Shown here: positions 1-9,043 of the stretch, one piece after another
Position numbering within the stretch: position 1 is the stretch's first letter
How the letters are laid out: the number at the start of each line of letters is the position of its first letter
From: an uncultured bacterium
GTDB taxonomy: Bacteria; Chloroflexota; UBA5177; JANWHV01
Direction: 5' to 3'
NCBI GenBank assembly: GCA_963729625.1
Contig: CAVSOU010000011.1
Span: 416,001-480,000, forward strand
Length of the DNA: 64,000 nucleotides
Notes under the pieces: generated by a model
The model's input: the letters and a program-made list of their open reading frames with translations, nothing else
What the model was told of the DNA's origin: nothing
Database searches by the model: none
Made by a program: the position numbers and the translations under genes

Positions 1-581
1 TCGGCCTGACCAAGTTCGCTCCTCCAGGCTACACCACCTATACGTGGGACGAGGTTACTTCTGCGATTCAGCAGAGTACAGTCGCGCAGGCCATCCAGTG
101 GGGCGACACTGCGTCAGCCGCCGAAGATCCCACGCAATCCAAGGTCACGGGGAAGCTTGGCTTTGCAGACATTCCGGCCATGAAGGCCGGGGGCAAAGTT
201 GTCGCTCACTACGGCGGGTGGTCGTACGTGATTAACAAGGATTCGGCACATCCCGAGGCGGCCTACCTCTTCATGTTGTGGGCCTCGTCCAAGTCGACGC
301 AACTTCAGCTGTCGCAGCGTGGAGGCCTGCCTGCCCGCATTTCTGTGTTCAAGGACCCAGCGCTAGGTACCAAGCTGCCATACTGGAATCAGGAGCTGCG
401 CTCCCTCTCTATCAGTACGTCCCGCCCTCGTATCGCGCAGTGGGGCGAGCTCGCATCCACCCTGCAGCTGACGCTCTCGCAGATATTGAGCCACGAGGTA
501 TCCGTGGACTCGGGTCTGCAACAGGCGCAAGCGACGCTTTCCAGCCAGCTCAAGAGTGTGTTGCCGGTTTCTTACCAGTAG
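1..581 (+). CDS. Carbohydrate ABC transporter substrate-binding protein (5' truncated by window edge)
   Basis: Frame is open from position 3 (GLTKFAPPGYTTYTWDEV...KLGFADIPA...GGWSYVINKDSAHPEAAYLFMLWASS); CUT1 SBP-type C-terminus; lies upstream of two permeases. Confidence 0.85.
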   Translation, partial: GLTKFAPPGYTTYTWDEVTSAIQQSTVAQAIQWGDTASAAEDPTQSKVTGKLGFADIPAMKAGGKVVAHYGGWSYVINKDSAHPEAAYLFMLWASSKSTQLQLSQRGGLPARISVFKDPALGTKLPYWNQELRSLSISTSRPRIAQWGELASTLQLTLSQILSHEVSVDSGLQQAQATLSSQLKSVLPVSYQ

Positions 582-637
582 CCATCTTCCCGGGGGCGCC
601 TCAGACGTACCTGATCGCCCCTGTTCTCGAGTTCGAA

Positions 638-692
638 TGCCTCCCGCCGCCTGGAGATGCTCGGTGACGAGCATCTCCAGGGGCGGGAGGCA
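638..692 (+). promoter_or_regulatory. Long intercistronic stem-loop between the SBP and permease genes
   Basis: tgcctcccgcc-g-cctggagatgctcg-GTGA-cgagcatctccagg-ggcgggaggca: about 25 bp stem with one bulge and a GNRA loop. Confidence 0.7.
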
Positions 693-724
693 CGGTAAAT
701 CGACGATCACCCCATGAGGGCCAA

Positions 725-1714
725 ATGGGATACGGGGATAGCAACCTTCGGCAGCCAGGTGACCATGCGCCGTCTGCTGACGGCCCGAGTGCGGTGGCCG
801 GCACATTTACCGCGCGCCGAACGCGAGTATCGCGCAATCTGCGCACCGCGCTGCTGTTCCAGGTGCCGATGCTGGTGGTTCTGGTCTCGATCACTATCGT
901 GCCCCTTATTTACGGAGCAAACCTGAGCCTGCGCTCCTATAGCATGGTGCTACCGGACATGACAGGCCAGTGGGTTGGCCTGGCAAACTTCCAGCGCATG
1001 CTCCACGATGGCGATTTCTGGCACTCGCTGGCCTTGACCGCGATCTATGTCGGCGTAGGCGTGTCGATCCAGCTAGTGGCTGGCCTTGCCATGGCCCTGC
1101 TGCTGCATGCTCTGGACGCCGGGCGCGGCATAGTCCTGACGCTGCTCATGCTGCCGATGGTAGTCGCACCGCTTGTCGTCGGCTTGATGTTTAGCTTTCT
1201 CTGCAACGCTCAGTTTGGCCTGCTCACGTGGCTGATACAGATAACGCACCTTCCGTTGCCGCAGGGACTGCTTGGCGATCCGTCCACGGCGCTCCCGGTG
1301 CTGATACTCACGGACATCTGGGAATGGACGCCGTTCATGATCCTGATGTTGCTCGCGGGACTGCAGTCCATGCCGACCGAGCCGTTCGAAGCCGCGCGCT
1401 GTGACGGCGCGGGCAGCTGGGACACGCTGCGGTATCTGACGCTGCCTCTGCTGAAACCGTTCATTATGGTTGCCGTGCTGTTCCGATCCGTCGACGCACT
1501 GAAGGAATTTGACAAGGTCTATATCCTCACCGGCGGCGGTCCAGGGACGGCGACGGACCTGATCGACCTCTTCACCTATCGCACGGCATTTCTGAACTGG
1601 GACATGAGTTATGGGGCTGCACTCGGCATGGTCCTATTCGTGATCTCGATGATTGCAGCCAGTATCTTCCTCTTCGTCTTGCGTCGCCAGGAGCGAGAGA
1701 GTGCCAAGTCATGA
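725..1714 (+). CDS. Carbohydrate ABC transporter permease (MalF-like)
   Basis: WVGLANF motif, EAA loop (EAARCDGAG), several TM helices. Confidence 0.92.
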   Translation: MGYGDSNLRQPGDHAPSADGPSAVAGTFTARRTRVSRNLRTALLFQVPMLVVLVSITIVPLIYGANLSLRSYSMVLPDMTGQWVGLANFQRMLHDGDFWHSLALTAIYVGVGVSIQLVAGLAMALLLHALDAGRGIVLTLLMLPMVVAPLVVGLMFSFLCNAQFGLLTWLIQITHLPLPQGLLGDPSTALPVLILTDIWEWTPFMILMLLAGLQSMPTEPFEAARCDGAGSWDTLRYLTLPLLKPFIMVAVLFRSVDALKEFDKVYILTGGGPGTATDLIDLFTYRTAFLNWDMSYGAALGMVLFVISMIAASIFLFVLRRQERESAKS

Positions 1715-2538
1715 AGTCCAATCGTAGGTGGCAGCGCACGCTGATGTATATGGTGGCCTTGGCCTTTACTGTCATTATTCTTGTCCCCTACGCATGGCTG
1801 GTCCTCTCGTCCTTCAAGAACCGCTCTGATGCCTTCTCCATTCCGCCGAAGTTCTTCTTCTCACCAACGCTCGAGAATTACAAGGTCGCGCTCCTTGATA
1901 AGGGATACCTGCACAACGTCTTCAACTCATCCGTCGTTGCATTGGGAGCCACCGCCTGCGCATTGCTCATCGGCGTACCTTCCGCATATGGGTTCGCGCG
2001 TTTCCGGCTACCCGGCAAGCAGATTCTCCTGTTCTATCTGCTGGCGAGTCGCATGTTACCGACCATCGTACTGGCGCTTCCACTGTTCATCTTCTTTGCC
2101 AATGAGAGACTGATCGACACGTATCGGGGAATCATCGTTGCGCACGTCACATTCGATCTCCCGTTCGTAGTGTGGATGATGAAGGGCTTCTTTGATGGTT
2201 TGCCGCAAGAGTTGTATGAAGCGGCAATCATAGACGGCACGAATCAGTTCGGAGCGTTCGTGCGAGTAGCACTGCCCCTGAGCGCTGGGGGTCTGGCGGC
2301 GACGGCGATCTTTTGCATTATCAACTCCTGGAACGAATTCCTGTTCGCCCTTCTGCTGACCGGCAGAAATACGAGCACCTTGCCCGTGATCATTCCGACG
2401 ATGCTCACGCCGTACGGGACGTACTGGGGCCAGATTGCGGCCATGGGGACGGTCACGACAGTACCGGTGCTCATCTTCGCCTTCTCGGTTCAGCGCTATC
2501 TGGTTCGCGGATTGGCCGGGGGCGCCGTCCGCGGGTGA
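1711..2538 (+). CDS. Carbohydrate ABC transporter permease (MalG-like)
   Basis: EAAIIDG, SWNEFLFAL and QRYLVRGL motifs; ATGA overlap with the previous gene. Confidence 0.93.
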   Translation: MKSNRRWQRTLMYMVALAFTVIILVPYAWLVLSSFKNRSDAFSIPPKFFFSPTLENYKVALLDKGYLHNVFNSSVVALGATACALLIGVPSAYGFARFRLPGKQILLFYLLASRMLPTIVLALPLFIFFANERLIDTYRGIIVAHVTFDLPFVVWMMKGFFDGLPQELYEAAIIDGTNQFGAFVRVALPLSAGGLAATAIFCIINSWNEFLFALLLTGRNTSTLPVIIPTMLTPYGTYWGQIAAMGTVTTVPVLIFAFSVQRYLVRGLAGGAVRG

Positions 2539-2662
2539 TTGCACTGTGCCGGACCCACGCCGACGTCGGTCGCGCGAAGTCCGCGGCATCTATCCTTAAC
2601 GTGCGCGCCTCAACCGATCGCCTCTGGTTGGTGGCACATGCACCGCACAGATCGGTGCTGGG

Positions 2663-3154
2663 CTACACCGGATCCAGCGTGACCGCGACCGCACCCTTTT
2701 CGGACCTTGGCTTGGCCGATGGGCGGCCTGCCGGCTTCAATGCCTTGACCAGATTGTCGAGGATAGCGCGCGCGGGCGCCGGATCGCTTCGCCGCGCCGG
2801 ATCCAGCTCTACGCGAAGCGTCACACGGTAACCTGACACAAGCAACGATTCGGCGCTCTTCCTGCGATTCTCAAGATCAGCCGCCCCGGTGGCCACGCGA
2901 AGACGGATTTCCTTGATCTCCCCGCGCGCGAGGCGCGCCGCGCGCGAGGCAGCCGCCTGGGTAGCCGCGGCGTCGATCAGTCCAAATCGGGGCGGACTGG
3001 AGCGCTGATCGAGCCGAATCAAGTCGAAGCCGCGCTCCCGCGCAGTCGTGAGCGCAACCGAGGCGTCCACGAAGCCAAGGTCGGTGCCGTCGGCGTCGAA
3101 CAGCCATACCTCGCCATGAAGCGATTTGTCCGCAGGCTTCTGCTGCTTGGCCAC
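2663..3154 (-). CDS. Divergent translation initiation factor IF-3-like protein
   Basis: EVWLFDADGTDLG...A...ARERGFDLI...PP (IF3-N) and IKEIRLR...DLENRRKSAESLL.SGYRVTLRV (IF3-C); GGAGGT SD 6 nt before GTG at 3154. Confidence 0.7.
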   Translation of the reverse strand: MAKQQKPADKSLHGEVWLFDADGTDLGFVDASVALTTARERGFDLIRLDQRSSPPRFGLIDAAATQAAASRAARLARGEIKEIRLRVATGAADLENRRKSAESLLVSGYRVTLRVELDPARRSDPAPARAILDNLVKALKPAGRPSAKPRSEKGAVAVTLDPV

Positions 3155-3329
3155 TGCGACACCTCCGGTCCTCTGAAGATCTCGGACGTCAAGCCTGCCC
3201 GTTCTCAGGCCAAGGCTGCCACGCTGCCAATGGCTCCGGTCGTGACCTTCAGGGACTACCGCGCCGGCACGACGCACCTGATCACAGCGCGAGCAGCTGA
3301 CGGTGCGCCCGACCGCGCGAGCCGTGATC

Positions 3330-6300
3330 TCAGACGTATTCGTCCCACGGCAGCACGGGCAGTTCGTCGAGGCTATAGTGCGCCAGTGCCTGCACGAACA
3401 GCCGGGCAGCCTGCAGATTGGTGAAGAGCGGGATGTTGTAATCTACCGCTGCCCTCCGGATGGCGTAGTCGTCTTCGAACTGCTTGGTCGCGTACTCGTC
3501 CGTGATGTTGACCAACAAGTCGATCTCGTTCCGCTGGATCACGTTCAGTATGCTGGGGCGCGATCCGGGCGCTCCGGGAAGCTTAATGCTTGTCGCGTGC
3601 GTTGCATGAATCTGGCCGATGGCCGTGAGGGCGGCGGAGATCCTGGCGCCCTGCAGCTGAGACGCCGGAGCTTCGACTTCGTGAATCTTGTAGATGCGAT
3701 CGTTCGGCACGTTGTTTGAAGTCAGGAACGCGCTGGTAAGCCTCGTGGCAAAGATCCGGATGCCAAGACTGCCCAGTGTACGCGCCGAGGCCAGGAAGTC
3801 CCACTTGTTCTTCTCACCGCCGAGGCTGATGAAGACACGCGCTCCGGCGTAGCGCCCGTGGTGGTCAACGCCGTCCCCAATGGGCTCACGTCGCCGCGGA
3901 AGCTTCATTCCAACGGCCAACACCGCCTTCAGGTACGCCTCGTGCAGATCCCGTCCGAACGTGCCAACCTCGCCCGTGGATGCCATCTCCACGCGCACGA
4001 CCGGGTCGGCCCCCTTGAGGCGCGCGAAAGAAAACTGCGGCGCTTTGACGGCCACATGATCCAGGTCGACCGTCTGGAACGGCGCGCCACCGCGCGCCGC
4101 CAGAACGTCCTCGCCCAGCATGGTGCGAATGGCAAGGCTAATGAAGTTCTGCCCGGTCACTTTCGAGACCAGTGGGAAACTGCGGCTTGCCCGCAGGTTG
4201 CACTCGATTACTTGCACGTGGTTGTCTCGCGCGAGGAACTGGATGTTGAACGGCCCAGTTATGTTCAGCTCAGCCGCAATCTTCTTGGTAACCATTTTCA
4301 CCTGGCGAACAGTCTCGAGATACAGGCGCTGGGGCGGGACCATGACGGTGGCATCACCTGAGTGTACGCCGGCGTTTTCAACATGTTCGGACAGCGCATA
4401 GATCACGAGTCGCCCGTTTCCGGCCACCGCGTCAATCTCGATTTCTCGCGCGTTCTCGATGAACTTGCTTATCACGACCGGGTGCTCGGTCGACACGCTT
4501 GCCTCGTGCAAGAACCGATGTAGATGCCCCGCCTCGTAGGCCACGTTCATGGCGCTGCCCGAAAGCACGTATGACGGACGGACAAGGACCGGGTAGCCAA
4601 CTTCATCCGCGAACCGCTCGGCCTCGTCGGGTGTCGACAACTCGGCCCACGGTGGCTGGTCCACTCCCAGAGCATCGAGCAGGGCCGAGAACTTGTTGCG
4701 GTCTTCAGCCCGATCGATGTCGAGCGGGCTAGTGCCGAGCACCTTGATTCCTGCGCCGTGGAGGCGCAGGGCAAGGTTGTTGGGGATCTGCCCGCCGACT
4801 GATAGAACAACCAGCTCAGGCAATTCGGCGTCGAATATGTCGAGCACGCGCTCAAATGAGAGCTCTTCGAAGTACAGCGCATCGCACTCGTCGTAGTCCG
4901 TGGAGACCGTTTCTGGGTTGTGGTTGACCATCAGCGTGCGCCAACCGGCCTCTCGCAGCGTACGCGCTGCACTCACTGTGCACCAGTCGAATTCCACGCT
5001 GGACCCGATCCGGTATGGGCCAGAGCCAAGGATCACCACGGATTTCCGCACGTCGCCATCTTTGCGGGCAGGCGCTCTCGTCTCCTGCGACGTCGCGCCC
5101 TGGTACGTGGTGTACAGATAATTCGTCGCTGCCGGGTATTCGGCCGCAAGTGTGTCGATCTGTTTTACTGCCGGCACGATGCCGGCGCTCTTGCGGTACG
5201 CTCGGATTGCCATTTCATCCAGGGACGCAAGTTGGGCGATCCGCTTGTCCGAGAAGCCGAACGTCTTGGCGTCCCGTAGCAGCTTCGGCGAAAGCTGGTC
5301 TACCGAGGTGCGTGGCTGTTCGCCGATCTCGCGTTCCACCCGGACAATGTTCGCGATGCGGTCGATAAACCACGGATCGATGCGCGTCGCCTCGTGAATG
5401 CGCGCAGTCGAGACTCCGTCCCATAATGCTTGGGCGAGCTGGAACAGGCGGTCAGGCGTAGCCTGCAGGAATAGGGGCGACTTCGGATCCGCGTGCATGC
5501 GGTCCTCCGCGTCGAGCTCGGAGCCGTTGGCCGGAGTGCGGAGACCTTCGAAACCGAAACCGAGCATGCGGCTGGCTTTCTGAAGCGCCTCCTCAAAGGT
5601 GCGGCCAATAGCCATCACCTCGCCGACGCTCTTCATTGCGCTACCCAACGTCTGGTCTACCTTGTTGAACTTGTCCAGGTCCCAGCGAGGGAACTTCACG
5701 ACCACGTAGTCCAGAGCTGGCTCGAAGCACGCACTGGTCGTTTGCGTAACGTGGTTTGGCAGGTCCGGCAGCGCATGGCCGAGCGCCAGCTTGGCCGCGA
5801 TCCAGGCAAGCGGGTAGCCGGTGGCCTTGCTGGCAAGAGCTGAGCTCCGTGATAGGCGGGCATTGACTTCGATCACCCGATAGTTGATCCGTGGCCTGCT
5901 GTCGTCGGTATCGAAGGTTGGGCAGGGATCGAGCGCGAACTGAATGTTGCATTCACCCACCACGCCAAGGTGCCGGATGGTCCGAATGGCAACACTTCGC
6001 AGAACATGGTATTCCTCGTTGGACAGAGTCTGGGACGGCGCAACCACGATGCTCTCACCCGTGTGGATGCCCATCGGATCGACGTTCTCCATGTTGCAGA
6101 CGACAATGCAGTTGTCCGCGCTGTCGCGCACGACCTCGTATTCAAGCTCCTTCCAACCGGCGAGGTACTCCTCGATCAGCACCTGGCGGCGGATCATGCG
6201 GCTCGCCCCGGGTGCCCCAACCCTTCCGGCGACGTCGCCCTGCGACTCACCTCCTGGCAACCGGGCAAAAGCAATGGCTGCCAGTGTCGCAAGCTCCTCC

Positions 6301-6857
6301 GGTCCGGCAGCGCGGCCGGAGCCTTCACCGCCAAGCGCGAAACCGGCGCGGAGGATGACTGGGTAGCCAACAGAGGCAGCGACCTCCAGCGCCTCTTCCA
6401 CAGTCTGAGCAACTTGGCTTCGCGGTGTGAAAACGCCGATCTCGTTCAGACGGCGAACGAAGCGCTCGCGATCTTCAGTATCACGGATAGTCTCGATCGG
6501 GGTGCCAAGCACCCGCACGCCGTAGCGGTCGAGCACGCCACGCTCAGCCAGGGCCAGGCCGCAGTTGAGCGCGGTTTGCCCACCCGAGGAGAGCATGATT
6601 GCGTCCGGCCGCTCGCGCTCGATCACGCGCTCAACGAAGTGTGGGTCCACCGGCACGAAGTATACGCGGTCGGCGAATTTCTCGCTCGTCTGCACCGTGG
6701 CAATGTTGGGATTGACGAGAACGACGCGAATACCTTCTTCCTTCAGAGCCTTCACTGCCTGCGATCCTGAATAGTCGAACTCGCCGGCCTCGCCAATTTT
6801 CAACGCACCGCTTCCAAGCAGTAGCACGGTAGCAGGTGTCGAGGGACTCTCAGACAT
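3330..6857 (-). CDS. carB: Carbamoyl-phosphate synthase large subunit
   Basis: LGSGALKIGEAGEFDYSGSQA, GIHTGESIVVAPSQTL, NARLSRSSALASKATGYPLA, second ATP-grasp domain and MGS-like C-terminus. Confidence 0.97.
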   Translation of the reverse strand: MSESPSTPATVLLLGSGALKIGEAGEFDYSGSQAVKALKEEGIRVVLVNPNIATVQTSEKFADRVYFVPVDPHFVERVIERERPDAIMLSSGGQTALNCGLALAERGVLDRYGVRVLGTPIETIRDTEDRERFVRRLNEIGVFTPRSQVAQTVEEALEVAASVGYPVILRAGFALGGEGSGRAAGPEELATLAAIAFARLPGGESQGDVAGRVGAPGASRMIRRQVLIEEYLAGWKELEYEVVRDSADNCIVVCNMENVDPMGIHTGESIVVAPSQTLSNEEYHVLRSVAIRTIRHLGVVGECNIQFALDPCPTFDTDDSRPRINYRVIEVNARLSRSSALASKATGYPLAWIAAKLALGHALPDLPNHVTQTTSACFEPALDYVVVKFPRWDLDKFNKVDQTLGSAMKSVGEVMAIGRTFEEALQKASRMLGFGFEGLRTPANGSELDAEDRMHADPKSPLFLQATPDRLFQLAQALWDGVSTARIHEATRIDPWFIDRIANIVRVEREIGEQPRTSVDQLSPKLLRDAKTFGFSDKRIAQLASLDEMAIRAYRKSAGIVPAVKQIDTLAAEYPAATNYLYTTYQGATSQETRAPARKDGDVRKSVVILGSGPYRIGSSVEFDWCTVSAARTLREAGWRTLMVNHNPETVSTDYDECDALYFEELSFERVLDIFDAELPELVVLSVGGQIPNNLALRLHGAGIKVLGTSPLDIDRAEDRNKFSALLDALGVDQPPWAELSTPDEAERFADEVGYPVLVRPSYVLSGSAMNVAYEAGHLHRFLHEASVSTEHPVVISKFIENAREIEIDAVAGNGRLVIYALSEHVENAGVHSGDATVMVPPQRLYLETVRQVKMVTKKIAAELNITGPFNIQFLARDNHVQVIECNLRASRSFPLVSKVTGQNFISLAIRTMLGEDVLAARGGAPFQTVDLDHVAVKAPQFSFARLKGADPVVRVEMASTGEVGTFGRDLHEAYLKAVLAVGMKLPRRREPIGDGVDHHGRYAGARVFISLGGEKNKWDFLASARTLGSLGIRIFATRLTSAFLTSNNVPNDRIYKIHEVEAPASQLQGARISAALTAIGQIHATHATSIKLPGAPGSRPSILNVIQRNEIDLLVNITDEYATKQFEDDYAIRRAAVDYNIPLFTNLQAARLFVQALAHYSLDELPVLPWDEYV

Positions 6858-7222
6858 TCAGGCGTGCCCCCATTCAAGGCGTGCAAGGACTGCGGTCAAG
6901 CGTCGAGTGGAATTGTTCATCCGCTATGGTATAGGAATCGCCCGGCATCGCCCAGTTCGCTGAGATCATCGGCACATTTTGGACAAAACATGCGCATGCA
7001 GACCATCCCCGCACTGACCGAGCGTGCTGTATCTCGCCGCTCGGGCCTTGGAAAATTGTCGACGTTCAGGTGTTGTTGTGTCGTCCGGGCAGCGAACGGA
7101 CACCGCATTGTCGGTGAGGCGAACACGCAGGTGGCTGGAGGGCCGATCGGCCAGACGACAGTATAGACCGTTCCGTTGCACGTGCGCGACGGACTGAGAC
7201 ACCTCGCGCAGTTCGTGCTATC

Positions 7223-8812
7223 ATGCCGAACCGAACCTCCATCGGCGTGGCCCGGAAGCTGGATAAGCAAGTGAGGACGTCGGAAGTGAATGCAACAAGG
7301 ACTGGCACGAGCGCGTTCGGCGGGCCAATAGTCCTGACCATAGACGTCGGCACGTCGTCCGTACGGGCCATGCTTTTCGATGGCACGGGTGCGCCTCTTC
7401 CCGACATGGAGGTGCAACGCACGCATCAGATGACAAGCACGGCGGACGGCGGGGTGGAGACCGATGCGCGCGAATTGTTCGATCGGGTAGCTGCATGCAT
7501 TGACGGTCTGCTGGAGCGCGCAGGCGCTCTTGCATACCATGTCGAGGCCGTGGCTCCCACCACCTTCTGGCACAGCCTGATCGGCGTTTCAACGAACGGG
7601 GCGCCGGCGACACCCGTGCTCACCTGGGCCGACACGCGCGCGACTGCGGCAGCCGAGGAATTGCGGAACGAGCTCGACCAGAGCGCGGTCCATGCGCGCA
7701 CGGGCTGTAGAATCCACCCAACGTACTGGCCGGCAAAGATACGCTGGCTGCAGTCCGGCGAACATGGTTGGAGGCGACGGACGATCCGGGCTACTCGGTG
7801 GCTATCGTTTGCCGAATACATGACACTTCGCGTGTTTGGATCGCCCCGCTGCAGTATCTCCATGGCCTCAGGCACGGGTTTGCTCGACCAGCACTCGTGC
7901 TGTTGGGACAACGACATACTGCGCGCGATACCGATAGAGTCCGGGGTGCTGTCCGAGCTAAGCGATACTCCGAGCACGGGAATGCTCCCCGAGTTTGCCA
8001 CGCGCTGGCCTGCACTGGCTAAGGCGCCCTGGTTTCCCGGGTGGGGCGACGGAGCGACCAGCAATGTAGGCAGCGGTTGCGTGACAAAGCGGCAGATCGC
8101 CGTGATGGTCGGCACGTCGGCGGCGATGCGTGCGGTATGGCCGGCTCGGCAGATCGTGATTCCGCGCCAACTATGGTGCTATCGCGCCGATGCATCGCGC
8201 GTGGTCATGGGCGGGGCGTTGAGCGAAGGCGGCAATCTTGTGGATTGGCTGCGCGCCACGCTGCGCCTGCCCGACGATGCCGGAGCGGCTGAGAAGCTCA
8301 TCGAACACATGTCGCCGGACGAGTCCGGACTCACGATGCTTCCGTTCCTGGCGGGCGAGCGCAGTCCCGGCTGGCACGCCGATGCGCGAGCAGTGTTCAG
8401 CGGTCTCAGCTTGCACACCAGCCCTGCCCAGATCTATCGTGCCGGGCACGAGGCTATTGCCTACCGCTTTGCACTCATCTACGCGGCTCTGCGGAGCGAG
8501 GTAAAGAGCCGCGCGCGCGTGATTGCCAGCGGCGGCGGCATCCTGCATTCACCAACATGGATGCAGATGATGGCCGACGTACTGCGCACGCCGGTGACTG
8601 CCTCTGCCGCACGCGAGGCGTCGAGCCGCGGGGCGGCATTGCTTGCGCTGGAGGCGATAGGCGTCATTTCCGACATCAGCGCTCTCGATGCGCCGTTCGG
8701 CGTAACCTTCGCGCCGGACGCCGCGCGAGGACGGCGGTACGGGCAAGCGGCAAAGCGTCAGTATGCGCTTTACGACCTGCTGTTAGGCGCGAGCGATCAC
8801 TCCGAAGCATAG
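7223..8812 (+). CDS. gntK: Gluconokinase (FGGY family)
   Basis: IDVGTSSVRA, WADTRA, GDGATSNVGSG, LPFLAGERSPGW; upstream of zwf; start uncertain. Confidence 0.8.
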   Translation: MPNRTSIGVARKLDKQVRTSEVNATRTGTSAFGGPIVLTIDVGTSSVRAMLFDGTGAPLPDMEVQRTHQMTSTADGGVETDARELFDRVAACIDGLLERAGALAYHVEAVAPTTFWHSLIGVSTNGAPATPVLTWADTRATAAAEELRNELDQSAVHARTGCRIHPTYWPAKIRWLQSGEHGWRRRTIRATRWLSFAEYMTLRVFGSPRCSISMASGTGLLDQHSCCWDNDILRAIPIESGVLSELSDTPSTGMLPEFATRWPALAKAPWFPGWGDGATSNVGSGCVTKRQIAVMVGTSAAMRAVWPARQIVIPRQLWCYRADASRVVMGGALSEGGNLVDWLRATLRLPDDAGAAEKLIEHMSPDESGLTMLPFLAGERSPGWHADARAVFSGLSLHTSPAQIYRAGHEAIAYRFALIYAALRSEVKSRARVIASGGGILHSPTWMQMMADVLRTPVTASAAREASSRGAALLALEAIGVISDISALDAPFGVTFAPDAARGRRYGQAAKRQYALYDLLLGASDHSEA

Positions 8813-9043
8813 GCGGGCCAGTGCTCACCGTCCTGTGGTCTGACCGACATGCACGGTACCATAGAGGAAGTGGCACATGGACGCGCGTATCGCGCGGCCT
8901 GAATTGTGGAACGACTAAGATGCCCAGCTTTCGGCCCGAGGCCCACGGTGTCGAGACCGGTGTTGCCTGGCGCACCAGCCGGATAGCTCCGACAGCGGGC
9001 GGCCGGCAACGGCGTGTGTGGCTTTGAGGGCTACGGGAGGTCC

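Noticed and set aside
6917-7108. Minus-strand small ORF containing MFCPKC upstream of carB
   Set aside because: Only one CxxC, no clear SD and no recognisable family; could be chance or an unidentifiable remnant.
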